Assembly: GCF_009914755.1 (NCBI RefSeq)
Contig: NC_060935.1
Source: the human T2T-CHM13v2.0 reference genome, Homo sapiens
Reading direction: 5' to 3' (one strand)
DNA: 64,000 bases
The notes beneath the pieces were generated by a model. That model was not told where the DNA came from. It did no database searches and saw only the letters and a list, made by a program, of their open reading frames with translations. The translations under genes were made by a program, and so were the position numbers. This document shows positions 1-25,789 of this stretch, one piece after another (position 1 is the stretch's first letter; each line of letters begins with the position of its first letter).

Positions 1-585
1 GGTGATAAAGAGAATAGATTTGGGGATCATCATTTTCTCTTCTGCTTGAGATTCCACAGCTCTCAACAAAAATGACTATTATTTGTGTATGGCTCTTTAC
101 AACTAACAAAGTGTTTCCCATTTACAAGGTATTTCCTGTTTACCAATAATGTCAGATGAACCTTACAACAGCTGTTTAAGGTGAGGGCATTATTATTTTC
201 ACTTTACCAAAGAGGAATGAAGTCCAGAAAAGTTAAGTTTACCTTGTCTAAGGTCATACAGCTAAAAAGCAACCGGGCCACGATGTAACCACGGTTTTCT
301 GGCTCCTAATCTGGGGCTCTTTCCAGAAGACTCACCTGAGATAACATGAGCCACTCACTTATGAACCAAGAGTCATCATCCCTATGTATAGTTTCACTGT
401 GTTTAAAAATAAAACAATAGGGGGATAGTGACTGGGAAGGGGCTAATGGTATGCTGGTAATGTTCTGTTTCTTGATGTAGGTGCTAGTAACACAGGTGTG
501 TTCACCTTGTGGAAAGTCCTTGAGCTGTAAACTTTGTGTACTTTTCTGTATATATGTCATACTGTAATTATTAAATACCAGGCAA

Positions 586-2950
<2,365 letters not shown>

Positions 2951-4159
2951 AACATAATAATAATTAATTAAGATGAAACGATGTTTAGGAAACTTCATTT
3001 CTTGCTTATACAAGTTTGTTTTCCTTGTTCTTCAAAACCAGTGAAGCAATACAAAGTTAGATAAAAGACAAAATTAGTAATCTCCCAGCCCCTTTCCATT
3101 CCTCTCCAAGGCCTCCTACAAGATGAGAAATGGTAACATATTTTTGTGTCCCCCAAAAACATAAATACAAATATATTGGAAAGGGTTTTGTTGTTCTCTG
3201 TTTTTAGAAAACTAGGTTTAAACTTTACACATTGCTCTGCAACTTATCTCATCTAACAATTTATCAACATCTCCCCAAGCATCAATAACTAAAATTCTAA
3301 CTCATACTTTTAAAAAGCTACATAAAAGTCCATATAAGGGATATCCATAACGTGTTCACATATTTTTCTATTGAGGGAATGGCTATTTTCAGTGTTACCA
3401 TTTCAAACAATGCTGTAATGAGTATCCTTGACGTATTTCAAGTTAAAGAAAAAAAACTATTTCTACACACATACTTTCCTTGTTGTCCCATGTTTTGATT
3501 ACTCCTGGTCTCATCATCATCCCTACCTCCCTTGCTCAGAGAATCATCCTCAGGGTCCAGTGTGATGACAGAGAGCAAAGTAACTTGGAGAATGTCAAGA
3601 CAAGACATGTGATAGTTACTGTTGGTAAATTGGAAATGGCCTGTCTTGGCTGCCTCTCTCAGTCACTTGCACATGCTATCCCCCTCCTCCCCTTACATGT
3701 GCTCCCTGTTCTGGTCTCAGCAGCTGCTTCCAACTCAACTGATGTGAGCACAGCTAGCTACTTTGTCACACTCCTAACCCTGGCAAGTGCAGACAGGCCC
3801 AGGAGCTCTCCAAACAATTGGAAAGGAGAAGGAATACATTATCACTGTGAAATAATATAATACGGAGGTATCTAGAGTAAAATGTAAAACTCCCTCTTCA
3901 TTAAGCCTCAACCCACATTTGCCAGTGACACTCCCCAGCTCAGAAGTGACCACTGTTAGAAGTCTGTTGTACAACCTTTTGGATTTTTCCTAAGCATGTA
4001 CACATACAGGTATATATTCACATACAGGTATGTGTGTTTGGTCTACATATCTGTAATCATACCATATAATATGTTCTGCAACTTGCCCTTTTCACGTACA
4101 AATTTATTTGACATGTTTCCATACCAGCAAAAAACAGATTCCTCACATTTTTAATTAAT

Positions 4160-11190
<7,031 letters not shown>

Positions 11191-13167
11191 AAGAATAGAC
11201 AGGACCTAAATAACATAGATTGGGTCATGTTAGTCTGTAAATCAAAAACACTTAACAGCTAATTACATGAAGAATAAAATCCAAATTTCTTAGCATAACG
11301 CTTAAGGTTCTCTAAGATCCAACCCTCAAATTTCCTTCCCAGCCTCATCTTCAGTTCATTCCCTAAAATATCCTCTACCTCAGGCACATTTTCCCCATAC
11401 ATGCCAGGCATTTTCCAAGCTGTGTGCCTTTGCCCATGGTGTGACCTCCATTAAATGCCCTGTCTCCTAAACCTACTGAACTCCTATTCTTCCTTTACAA
11501 CCTGGCTCAAATGCCTTCTCCCAAACTCTCCTTATCGCCCCCACCATCAGGAACAATTGTTCTTTCCTCTATGTGCTCCCATATTGCTTGTTCCTCTACA
11601 AACTTAATTACAATCCTCCCTGGGTGGATGCTAGCTGTAATACTTGTTTCATTTTACTAAACTCCTGGAGGGCAGAAACCATTTTAAAATCATTTCCACT
11701 CCAGCACACTGCTTGCACACAGTAGGTACTAAATATGCTGCCTGAGTAAATGACAGCCAATTGGCCCTTATCTGAATTCTTTCAGTGGTACAGCCAGGGA
11801 TGGCAAATTGTCAAAGCTAGTCCCTCTAATTGCAAGTTATACATATAGCATGAGTGACCAGCAGAAAATGCCAAGGGCCTGCCACTTTAAGAGGACTGGC
11901 AAGATGACTATGTTTACACAATCCTAATTAAAACTAAAGGGCAATGAGGGAAAGAAGAGAAATAGGGAGATTAAGAGGTGTGGATTCTACAGGTCACCTC
12001 CTCTTCTTAGTGAGCTTGCTAGGCACTAGGCTGGAAGATCTGAGCTACAAAGTAGCCTATTTTATCTTTGGGGTAGCCTGTAGGATCTAAGTATTGAAAA
12101 GCAACTAATTAGGCCACTTTGTCCTCCAGCAACTGGCCCTGCTCTTGGGCATTAACTTCCAACTGGTACACAAGGCTTTTTCTCTAAATGAATCCCACTG
12201 TACCAATCACTAGGAGAATCCCTTTAAAAAAGGCTTGAAATTAATAACAGCAGGAAACAAAGTCTCTCAATCCTCTGAATCACAATATCCACACTGTCCA
12301 TTTTGATGAAATTCACCCCCACCTCCTTCAAACAATAGGTCCTACCAAGGAATGACTTCTCTCAGGACCAACATGTCCTGTGATTGTTTTTCTGGAGCAA
12401 GCTTCCAGTGCCTGCTTCTCATTAAATAGCTACTTAATGTCTGATCACCCAGCTGTGACTATAAGTAGAGAGTAAAGTAACTATAATTTAGGAGGTAAAA
12501 AAGAAATTCCACTCCTACCCCAAGTCCAGTAGTCAAACAGCTTAGAATAGACATTTCCCTACCTCAAACCTTCTTAGGCTTATCCAATTTTCAGATCTAG
12601 AATTTTTAGCATCTCTTAACTCTTTCAATATAAAAATGAGGAAAACAATGTCTAGAGTAAGAAAGAGAATTGCAAATGATTATACAGTAACTTAGTCACA
12701 GAATCTTTTGACCAGGCTGTCTAACACCTCATTTAACTGATGAGTTTTCAAGACCACTGTTTCCAGGAACAGGTTACAGGGCACTACAATATAATCAGCT
12801 TAATTTGCATATATTCAAGATAACAGCCCCTAGGCTTGACCCCTTCACCATCTTCCTGCCTACCTTTTTTCAAACCCACAACTGCTAACAACAACAAAAA
12901 AATCAATGTAGTGATTTAATACATCATTTCTGCCTAAAAAAAGACTGGAGCTACCAAACCATCTGCTTCAGCCTCACCACCTGGGATTCATCTTGATTGA
13001 TTTGGGTGTGTTGGTGGGCAGTGGCTGCCACAGCCTGAAGAACTCTTCCAACTCTTTCTGGGGGTCTTCTGGAGATGGGACTGCAATGGCTCCTCAGCTG
13101 CAGTTTCCTATAGAGCAACATGTTGAAACACACTTGTTCCCTCAACACACTTGTGTTTCAGCCCTCA

Positions 13168-13535
<368 letters not shown>

Positions 13536-14717
13536 CTAGTCACCCCAACCTATAAGCAAGCATATGCACAGTCACTATAAAGGAAAGTGACTTGTTTTCC
13601 AGCAGACATTTCTAATCTTATTAAATCAAATGAAAACTGCAATCAAAATACTCTCCTTAGGAAGTTATTTACTTATTCTAACAAAACACTTCTTTGGGAG
13701 CTGCCTTTAAAGTCTACTCCATGTGAGACAAACAGAAAAATTCGGTGTTACTGTTTTATAGTCACACCTCATCCTTCACCAAAAAAGGTATTGCCTTGCA
13801 TGAATCTTTGGCTCACGGCATCTTCTGGCTGTTTCTAAAAATTGAATCCACCAAGCTAAGAGTAAAGATTTGCTACCTCTGAGGATATTCAAAAGATTGG
13901 CTCAGAGGCAGTCTGAGGCAATGACACCATCACCAAAGGAAATCTAAAGGCTGAGAACACAATTACTTTGAAGGGGTCAAACTTAAAAACATTCTAATTG
14001 CCCCATAATTACAATCAAGGGGGCAAGACATGTACAATATCTGTCACATTTGTTCAACTATTATATCACTTTATAATTACACATTACATAATGATAAATT
14101 TTGGCCCTGGAAGAAATCTTCAAGATCATATAATCCTAACTGTCCCTTTTTACATATGAGAAAAGTTCAGTCCATTGAGGTTAGGCAATTTGTCCCTGGT
14201 CACACATCTGGTTAGCAACAGTCAGGATGAGAAACCCAGACACCCAAACTCCCAGCATAATGCACCCACACATACTTATGTATACAGCTCCTCCTCCCCT
14301 GCTTCTCACTTCCTTCACTCCCCTGATCAAAAGGGACAGAAATAACTTGGGACACTAAAGCACACCAAGAATGGTTCTGAAACCCAGTAGCAGAGAAATG
14401 ATGGCTTAAAAACCAGGACTTCTCTGCAGTGGCCTCAATGGCCAATGTTTAGTGTCTGGCTCACAAGAGTTCTGGGCAATCTACCTCAGAGCAAGGGCCA
14501 ATGAAAACCTCTGGACACCACCCTCCCACAGTTAGAAAAATATCTTTATTAAACCTCTCTGCTCTCCTCCTACAGTAACCTGTTTGCCTCAAATAATTGA
14601 AAGACAAAGACAATCACTTTGAAGAATCTGGGTCAGGGAAAAAGTAAATGGTAGAGATCCTGCTCAGGACAAAGCTGACCTATCAAAAACTAGAGGGCAG
14701 AAACCATTTTGACTTAC

Positions 14718-14787
14718 CTCCTGGTGGAAGCCTCCACACACTAGAACAGGGTGATCTCCAGCAGTCTGGCTTAGAATTAGTTTCCAC
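14718..14787 (-). other. NUMA1: NUMA1 non-coding exon 2 (70 nt)
   Basis: Pyrimidine tract plus TAG|GTGGAAAC acceptor and a consensus GAG|GTAAGT donor on the minus strand, in unique sequence; recognised NUMA1 5'UTR sequence. Confidence 0.85.
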
Positions 14788-15397
14788 CTAGGGAAGGGGC
14801 AAAGGGACAGGAATGATTATTCATTCCCCTAACCCACCCACTCTTAGTGAGCTCAGCCTCACATTATCCTGGGCAACCCCAGCGTTCTGTGGATCAGACA
14901 GCAAGCAGAAGGGAAGCCATGCAGGCCAGGTCAACGGGGTGAGTCAGTGGCAGAGCAGGAAGAGTCACTGGGGCAGAAATTCTGGCCTTCTGTGGCAAGA
15001 CTGCCAAGCCACACCCACACTTGGTCAGCACTGTGAAGGCCCTGCCCTGTTAGGATTTCAGTCTTTAAGCCAGAAAGCTTCTTCCTCAGGAGGCCCCACA
15101 CCACTCTCATTTTCAAGTGTCTCTCCTCCTGCTCAAAAATCTTCCAGTTTTCTTCTCCCTAAAGCATCATATCTAAATTCTTTGGCTTAACTTTCCAAAT
15201 CCTCCATTATATGGCCTCAAGTCATTTATTCAACCTTATTTCCCACTATTCTACAGAATATACTCTGAATTGATCAAGCCAGTCTTCCCACTTCTCTCTG
15301 CGTGAGCCAAGCCTTTTCTCATTTCCCTGCTTTCAATTATCCAGGAGTGGTAAATTCAAACATCTTCAGGGGTCAGGCAGGTAACAGAAACAAATTA

Positions 15398-15739
<342 letters not shown>

Positions 15740-17099
15740 TTATGTAGTGTCTCACTGTGAGCATCACGATAACCTTTTAAATAGTTATTAATACTCTATC
15801 TTGCAAATGAGAAAACTTCCCCAAGGTTAGGTAACTGGCAAAATGCTGGGCACAGTCTCTAGACCTGTCTGATGCCAAAGCAAGAGCTCTACACCATTAG
15901 GCTTCTAGCAGTGCAAACACCATGGAAGATACAGAACCCTCAAAGTCACTTTTCATGATACACAACCTTAATAGTAGGATGGGAAGCCCAAATCACAGCT
16001 TATCTAACCATATCCCAACTGCCTCCAATTCTGTTCATTTTCCAAACCCCATCTTTCTGCCAAAGTATTTCATTCCTAGTTATCCAAGTCCTACTGAATT
16101 CCTTCTTCTGTAAATTCCTATAGGGTTTATAGATTAGACAACACAAATAAGTGCTAAATTATATACTGTCTTGCAAAATCAGATACTGCTTCTATGTATT
16201 TTAGTGTCAGCCTCATCAATCAAACTATTGTATTAATCTATATAGTTCTTCTACCAAAAATGCCTAACCTGAATCTAATCAAGAAGAATCAGACAAATGC
16301 TATGAAAGACAAAAAGGCATTCAGATTAAAAAAGAACTGTTCAAAGTTAAAGCAGACTAAAGACATGATAGTCATGACAACTAAGTGCATAAATACATGC
16401 ATGATCCTTCAATGAATCCTGAATTTTAAAAAACTCAATAAAAGACATCACTGGGAAAAGATGAGAAATCTGAACAAGTATTATATACTGGATGTATTGA
16501 ATCAATGTTAAGTTTCCTGAGTGTTAATAGTACTGTAGTTATATAGGAAGATACCTTTTTCTTAGGAAATACTTGCTGAAATAGGGATTAAATAACATGA
16601 TATTTACATCTAACAGTCAAAAAGATTCAGAAAATGAAGGACAAATAGACAGCAAATTTGGCAAAATGTTAATAGTGACTCTAAATGAGAAGTATATAAG
16701 TATTTGTTACATTATTTTGCAAAATATCTATAGGTTTGAAAATTTTCAAAATAAAATAATTTAGTAAGGAGGGAAATCCTGTATTATATACTTTTTTATA
16801 TACTCAGCTCTGTGACAGATATAATAGGCACTCATTACTTTAGGTATCTGCTCACTACCTAAGGAAACTGGGCATTTGGAGGTCAACAATCAGACAGAGT
16901 CCACTTTGCTGCAGCTCATGAGGGGTATAGTAGGAAATTCTTAGGGAATAAGAGGTTTCTCCAAAACTCACATTGTCACACCACAGGAAATCTAGAAAAG
17001 CAGGCAATTACCTCACTCCTCATTGAGGCCATCACAGAAGTACAGGCACTGAACAAATGCCCACTCGCTAGGCAGAATGCAGCTGCTGCCCACACGTTA

Positions 17100-17182
17100 G
17101 TACCCAGTGGTAAGGTGGATACAATGTGACCTCAGAGGACCAAGAGTTGAGGTCACATTGCATCCACCTTGCCACCGGGTAC
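17100..17182 (-). ncRNA. MIR3165: microRNA precursor hairpin; mature arm AGGUGGAUGCAAUGUGACCUCA at 17148-17169
   Basis: 35-bp inverted repeat (17100-17134 / 17148-17182) with 3 mismatches and a 13-nt loop. The mature sequence matches miR-3165 as recalled and is sense to the host NUMA1 intron. Confidence 0.85.
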
Positions 17183-17807
17183 CAAAAATTTGACAATCTG
17201 CAAAACAAGTGTCTCTGGCCAGTCACAGGAAGGCACTCAAGTATCAAATAAACATGCCTGAAATATATGCAGTCTTTCCTCCTCACCAGATAAACCAGTC
17301 CTCAGCTGCAATAAGGCAGAAGAAATCTGCAAGGCTGAATCACTGGTATTTCCTGTGCAGACTTCAAAGAAACTGGCCCTTCAATAGGACAGAAAGGGCA
17401 GGCGACACAGCTGCCAACAGAGGCCTCAACCCAGGAGCATGCTATGCAATAATGCCTTCTCTCCCTTCTACAGCCATCAGATACCTCATTTTTACTTCTG
17501 CCAAATGGCCCCTTATTACCGCGACTGATTACCTAATAGCCAACCCTTTACCTTGGTTCTCTCCTCCCCTCAATGAGACCCAAGATACTGGCCTTTCTAG
17601 ACAGCTCCTCCTCCAATTTGCCAGAGGAATTGTCAAAACTATTCCCCTGGCCAGGCGCGGTGGCTCACGCCTGTAATCCCAGCACTTTGGGAGGCCAAGG
17701 CGGGCGGATCACACTGTCAGGAGATAGAGACCACGGTGAAACCCCGTCTCTACTAAAGATACAAAAAATTAGCCGGGCGCGGTGGCGGGTGCCTGTAGTC
17801 CCAGCTA

Positions 17808-17978
<171 letters not shown>

Positions 17979-18973
17979 TTACACCCATAAACCTAGCACT
18001 TTGCGAGGCCGAGGCAGGAGGATTGCTTGAGCTCAGGTGTTCAAGACTAGCCTGAGCAACACAGCAAGACCTTGTCTCTACTAAAAATCAAAAAAATTAG
18101 CCGGGTGTAGTCCCAGCTACACTACTTAGGAGGCTGAGGTGGGAAGACAGCCACTGCACTCCAGCCTGGGTGACAGAGCGAGACCCTGTCTCAAAAAAAA
18201 AAAAAAAAAAGTTGCCCACAGTAGGAGGTAGAGGAGAGGCCATTATTAAGCACACTCTCAGTAAACCATGAATCTGACAGAGCTACCCAAAACATCAATG
18301 CAGTCTTAAGCTGCATTAGTAGAAGATGACTCTATGCCCCACCTTTGAAGAGCAAAGTTAGAGGACTTGCAGAGGAAGAACACCAATGACCATGGCAAAG
18401 GGTCTAGAAGTATATCATTTCAAATATGGAGGAAGAACTACACACTTTTAGCCAGGGGAGAACAAGAAAACTTTTTTCAAATATACGCATAGCTTTCACA
18501 TAGATGAGGAGAAAGACTTATGAGTCCACTATAAGAATACAAAACCAGAACTAATGAGTGGAAGTTACAGGAAGACTGATTTTGGTTTGCCACAGGGAAG
18601 AAATTTCAGCATGTTGTAGAAGTTCAGAATGTGGGATGTAGAACCCAGAATGCTTGGATTAGGATGTCAACTCCACCACTTATAAACTGTGTGGCTTTGG
18701 GGAGATTAATCTACCTGTGCCTCAGTTGCCTTCCCTGTAAAAGAGAATAGTAATAATAGAACTTAGCTCACAGAGCTTTAAGAAGTAGCTTCCGAGACTG
18801 GCTGCGGTGGATCAGGCCTGTAATCCCAGCACTTTGGGAGGCTGAGGCAGGTGGATCACCTGAGGTCAGGAGTTCAAGACCAGACTGGCCAACATGGGGA
18901 AACCCGTCTCTACTAAAAATACAAAAAAAATTAGCTAGGCGTGGTGGCGCATGCCTGTAATCCCAGCTACTCA

Positions 18974-19293
<320 letters not shown>

Positions 19294-19308
19294 TTAGAAC
19301 AGTGCCTA

Positions 19309-20049
<741 letters not shown>

Positions 20050-20080
20050 TCAGAAAAATATAATAAACATCCTTTTAGAC

Positions 20081-20691
20081 TGTGCCAGCTATTAAGGTAT
20101 TGTCTCTCAGCTCCAAATCTACCCTGTTATGCTCCGCTTTGTGATGCTGGGGCCTGGACTCCACTAAACCCCATTTCACATTTGCCAGCTGGATCCCTGT
20201 CAACAGGGGGTGCTAAGGGGAAAACAGAAGACAAGAGAAGGCTACAAGGGACTTCCTCCTTCTTGTAGCCTGGTGTTTCTTGACAACAGAAGTTGGTTCT
20301 TCCCAGTTGCTTTCTAAACTCCCAAAACCAGCCTCCTGCCCCTCAAAGGCACCAGCATCAGCTAAGTAAGGCTCAACAGAAGCCAGCTCCTCCAGGTTCC
20401 TCCTATAAGGGCCTGAGAAACCAGCAGCACCAGGTAACACCCTCTCCAGAGAATCTGGGTACAGCTATTCCAGATCCCTCTAGACTTCTAGGTTCTGGTA
20501 GCCCCAACCTTCCTCCCTTTGTTTTTCAGTCCTGGATGAGAAAAATTCTTTATGCAGTTATTATATTGAAGTTACTTTAATATTCCCTTTCTGCTTTTTC
20601 AGCCCTCCACCAAGGGTTTAAATCAATCTCCTTTATGGAGTTCACTCTATTGTGTGGTTTCTGTTTTGCTGATTGGATCTGAACTGACATA
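20081..20691 (+). mobile_element. ERVL solo LTR (LTR33/LTR41-like)
   Basis: Starts TGTGCCAGCT...TTGTCTCTCAGCTCCAAATC.ACCCT...GTGATGCTGGGGC; degenerate 5-bp duplication TAGAC / TAGAT. Confidence 0.7.
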
Positions 20692-20962
20692 TAGATAAAC
20701 TGAGCTCTCAAGAAAGTAAGAAAAATCCCCAGGAACCAGAAACAAATTAGTGAGGAGGATTAGCGAGCTGATGACATAGCTGTCCTAGCCGTGTATGGAA
20801 TTTGTAACACCCTCATAGGTTCAGAAGACAGATCTTGAGTCCACAAAAGGCACTGAGATCCCTGTGCAGAGGCTGAGATTCTTAAGTTTATACTCAGTAA
20901 GATAATAGACTAGGAAAAAAAATCTGTCCAGAGAGAAATAAAAAACTTGCCTTGCTCACCTA

Positions 20963-21285
<323 letters not shown>

Positions 21286-21361
21286 TCAAAAAATAAAATA
21301 AAATAAAATAAAATTCTAGGAAGCAGACATTAATATGTAGTGAAAAACAAACAAACGATCA

Positions 21362-21751
<390 letters not shown>

Positions 21752-22536
21752 TTATGGCTGCTGTTTACAGGTGTAGACATCTGCCAAAACTCAACTTTCT
21801 TGAAAATTATTACAGACACAAAATTGAAAACATGAGACAAAAACAAGATCACGAAAAACAAGCAGATTTGAAAATGAACCAAAGAGCACTTCTAATAAAT
21901 GAAAAAGTTAGCTAATAAAAATAAGAATTCAAAAAACAAATTAGACCTAGCTGAAGAGTAAACTAGTATACTAGAAGATAGATATAAGGAAATTATCCAG
22001 AAGTTAACACAGAAAGATAGAAATGGAAATTATGAAAGAAAGAATAAGATGTAGACAACAGAATGAGGAAGTTCAACATACGTTACGCATGAGATCTGAG
22101 AGAGGTAAAGAGGTAATGATTGGGAATTTTTACACAATTAGTGAAAAGATATGAAATTTCAGATTAAGGAATTACTATATGCCCCCAGTATATAGTGATT
22201 TAAGAAAATTAAATTCACACCATGTAATGGAAGTACAGAACACAAATGACAGCAAAGAAGATCTTAAAAACAAACAGAAAGAAAGACAGGTTACCCACAA
22301 TAAAATAAGTTAATTTGCAAGCATAGTTCTCAAGAGTAACAACAAAAAGCCAGAATTTCAATGAAAAAACACTTTCAAAGTGCTAAGAGACAATAATTGG
22401 AAGCCTAGTACCCAGCTAAACTACCAATCAAGACTGAAAGTGAGCTGGGCACAGTGGCTCATGCCTATAATCCCAGCACTCTGAGAGGCCGAGGCGGGAG
22501 GATCACAAGGTCAGGGGATCGAGACCATCATGGCTA

Positions 22537-22785
<249 letters not shown>

Positions 22786-23243
22786 TTACCACTAACAGAT
22801 TCCCACTGGACAAACATCTGAAGGATGTATGTATCTATGCAATAAAAAAGGAAGGAATAAAATGCAAGGAAAAATAGTGAAAAAGCAAACAGTAGACATA
22901 CATGGGTAAAATGAAATAATCACTAACAATACAAAACAATAAACATATTTTAATTGTGTTGGGGTCTCACTCTGTTGCCCAGGCTAGCTAAGAACTCCTG
23001 GGCTCAAGCCATTCTCCCGCCTGCTCCTCCTGCCTCAGCCTCCAGAGTAGTTGGGATGACAGGGCAAGCCACCATGCCCAGCTACAAAATAATAATTATC
23101 AATTAGAATTGTTCAACTTAGAGATGGATTGACTTTGGGAATGATCTCATTCTAGAAAGTACTCATTTTGAGTCTGGACAACACCTTTTGGTATGTTTAG
23201 TGTACACTGGGTAAGAGGCTAAATTAAATGACCACACCATATA

Positions 23244-23323
23244 TTAGGTTAATGCAAAAGTAACTGTGGTTTTTGCCATTACTTTCAATGGCAATAACTG
23301 CAATTACTTTTGCACAAACCTAA
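23244..23323. mobile_element. MADE1 (Hsmar1-derived MITE), full length 80 bp
   Basis: TTAGGTT..TGCAAAAGTAA...TTACTTTTGCAC.AACCTAA palindrome flanked by TA duplications (23242-43, 23324-25). Confidence 0.93.
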
Positions 23324-25361
23324 TATCTTCTGATCATAGTTTTATCAATTAGACACAGCTGTCCAAACAGCCCCTGATCAGCTCTGTTCAGCCACCTGAG
23401 CAGGGCTTTGCCCTCATCCTAAAAGTTCTAGAATTCAAGTCTTATTTCAAGGCATTCTTCCCACTTCCATGTTCCACATGTAAAAAAGAATTCTACGTTT
23501 CTTAACGAGCTTTCAGGTAAGATCTTTAAGCTTTTGGAATGTACCGCTTTTCGCTGTGAACTAAGAGCTTAGACATTACAATTAGTCATCCCTTGCTAGA
23601 ACTTAGGCTACGAAAAGAATACTTTGGAAGCTTTCACAAAAAAGTATGTGGTTCTTCCTCTAAAGAAGAAAATACCACACAGAAAGAGGGACTGAGGAAA
23701 CATAAACCCATCTGTGCTGACAGAAAGCTACCTTACATGATCCTCATGTTCGCCCCAGGTTCCCATATATTCACAGCAGTAAAGATCTCCACAAAGCAGA
23801 GAGGCCCAACTCCCTTACCATTAAAGCTTTAACGACCAGACAACCCAGAAGTTTGGAAACATAGAACCAGGCAACAGATACTAGAGAGAGGGAATTATGT
23901 ATTAAAGCAAGAAAATATCATCACGTTTTCAAGAGGGAGTGCCATTCCAGTAAAGAGGACAGCTTAATACTGAGGTTCAAATGCCACTAAATGAAAACGG
24001 GAAAGCGAAATTCCTGTGCCCTTTCAGCCCAAGAAATTATTCCAAAGCATACATTTATTCCCATTACATGTCGCAAATCCTGCCTAGCCATTAGGATACA
24101 GTGACGAAAAAGTCTCTCGTTATCTAGAAGGGCAGACAAACACGCAGACTTTTAAAATACCAGATGGCAGGCCGGGCGTGATGGCTCACGCCTGTAATCC
24201 AAGCACTTTGGGAAGCCGAGGCGGGCGGATCACGAGGTCAAGAGTTCAAGACCGGCCTGGCCAAGATGGTGAAACCCTGTGTCTACTAAAAATACAAAAG
24301 TTAGCCGGGTGTGGTAGCGGGCGCCTGTAATCCCAGCTACTCGGGAGGCTGAGGCAGGGAACTGTTTGAACCCGGGTGGCAGAGGTTGCAGTGAGCCGAG
24401 ATCGCGCCACTGCACTCCGGCCTGGGCGATAGGGCGAGACTCCGTCTCAAAAAAAAAAAAAAATGACAAGTGCTAACTCAGAGGTAAGCAAAAGAGAGTA
24501 CCCAGAGGCGGCAGCATCAACCCAGTGGGCTCCCGCCCACCCACAATCTTCACACAGTCACACCACTTATAGTCATAAATTTGTACTCTCCGAGGTGCGT
24601 GTATGAAACATGTTATCTGTGAGAGTCCATGGATGAAAAACAAAAACAAACAAAAAGTTAAAAAAAAAAAAAAAAGACTTAACCTGTTTTGACCAGGACA
24701 ACCACCCCAGGAAGTAGGTAAGGCAGGTAAGGTCATTGTTTACATATATGAAAAGTGAGGCTCAAAATACACTGACCAGTCCAAGACAACGCGCGCCCCC
24801 ACACAGCACCTTCCCCGTCCCCATTTATGCCCAACCCATAAACCCAAAGTAGAGCCAACCTCGCACTGGCTACGTAACCCGGGCCAAGCTAAACATTATA
24901 AACCTCAGGCTCCCCATCTTTAAAGTATAACAGGTGGTTAGAAGATTAAAAAGATAAACATTTGGCAGGTCATTGTGGACGGTGTAGCTCAGAAAATGCT
25001 GACTACTGCACTACCATAACTACTGCTATTGTTAACGATAAAAGGCAAAGACTTTCCAGGACCCGACCCCTCGCTTACAAGCCTTTCGGGAACTTGCCCT
25101 ATACCCCCGACCCCAGTCACCTTCAGATTTAATTCCACAGACACGCCCCCAAACAGACCCTCCCCTTTAAGGCACCCCCCCCCCGGCTCCTCCCTCTCAG
25201 GCGCCTCTCCTCACAAACCTTACCCCCATAGATTCTGCCCTTTCGGACTCGGTTATGGAGGAGGCCTTCCGCTCGCAGCGGCCTCTCCAGCACCCCTTTT
25301 AGGCCTGAGCACCCGCAGGGGTGCCCAGGCCGCACGCCAAACGCGGGCCCGCGCCGGTTAC

Positions 25362-25440
25362 CTGGCTGCGCGCTCCCGCTCTGCCTCGCGATTCTCCGGA
25401 ATCGTACCTCTTCGTGGGCTCGCGCCAGCGCTGTGAGCGC
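25362..25440 (-). other. NUMA1: NUMA1 non-coding exon 1 (5' end approximate)
   Basis: Minus-strand donor CAG|GTAACC with the intron starting at 25361, inside the CpG island. Sequence matches my recollection of the NUMA1 5'UTR. NUMA1 coding exons lie left of the window. Confidence 0.85.
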
Positions 25441-25679
25441 ACAATTAGTTTAAACTATGGCCCCGCCCCCTCGCGCTGCCCTCTGATTGGCCTCTGTCGG
25501 CGGGGCCCGCTTAAGGACCCGGGAAAAGGAAGTTTGAGGGCCACTGGGAAAGAGAAGGGGTATCACCGCTTCCGGACCCCGGCCTGTACTTGAAGGCAAA
25601 GAGAACTACAAATCCCAGCGTCACCCGCGGCCTTGAAGCCCCGCCCCTGACAAACTGAAGGTCCCGGTAAGCATCGCGT

Positions 25680-25789
25680 CAGTACTTATGGCGCCTGCCG
25701 GGTTGTGGTGACGAAAGCAGTTGCCATGGAGTTGCTCTGAGTAACCCTGAGGCAGTGGGACGCCAAGACTGGAGAGGAAGCGACTGCGG
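25680..25789 (+). other. LRRC51: LRRC51/LRTOMT non-coding exon 1 (start approximate; alternative donor CCG|GTAAGC at 25667)
   Basis: Strong donor CGG|GTGAGT at 25790 at the edge of the CpG island. Confidence 0.75.

Noticed and set aside
24540-24675. Unique segment followed by an A-rich tract, resembling a small-RNA retrocopy
   Set aside because: No recognisable parent RNA and no target-site duplication seen.
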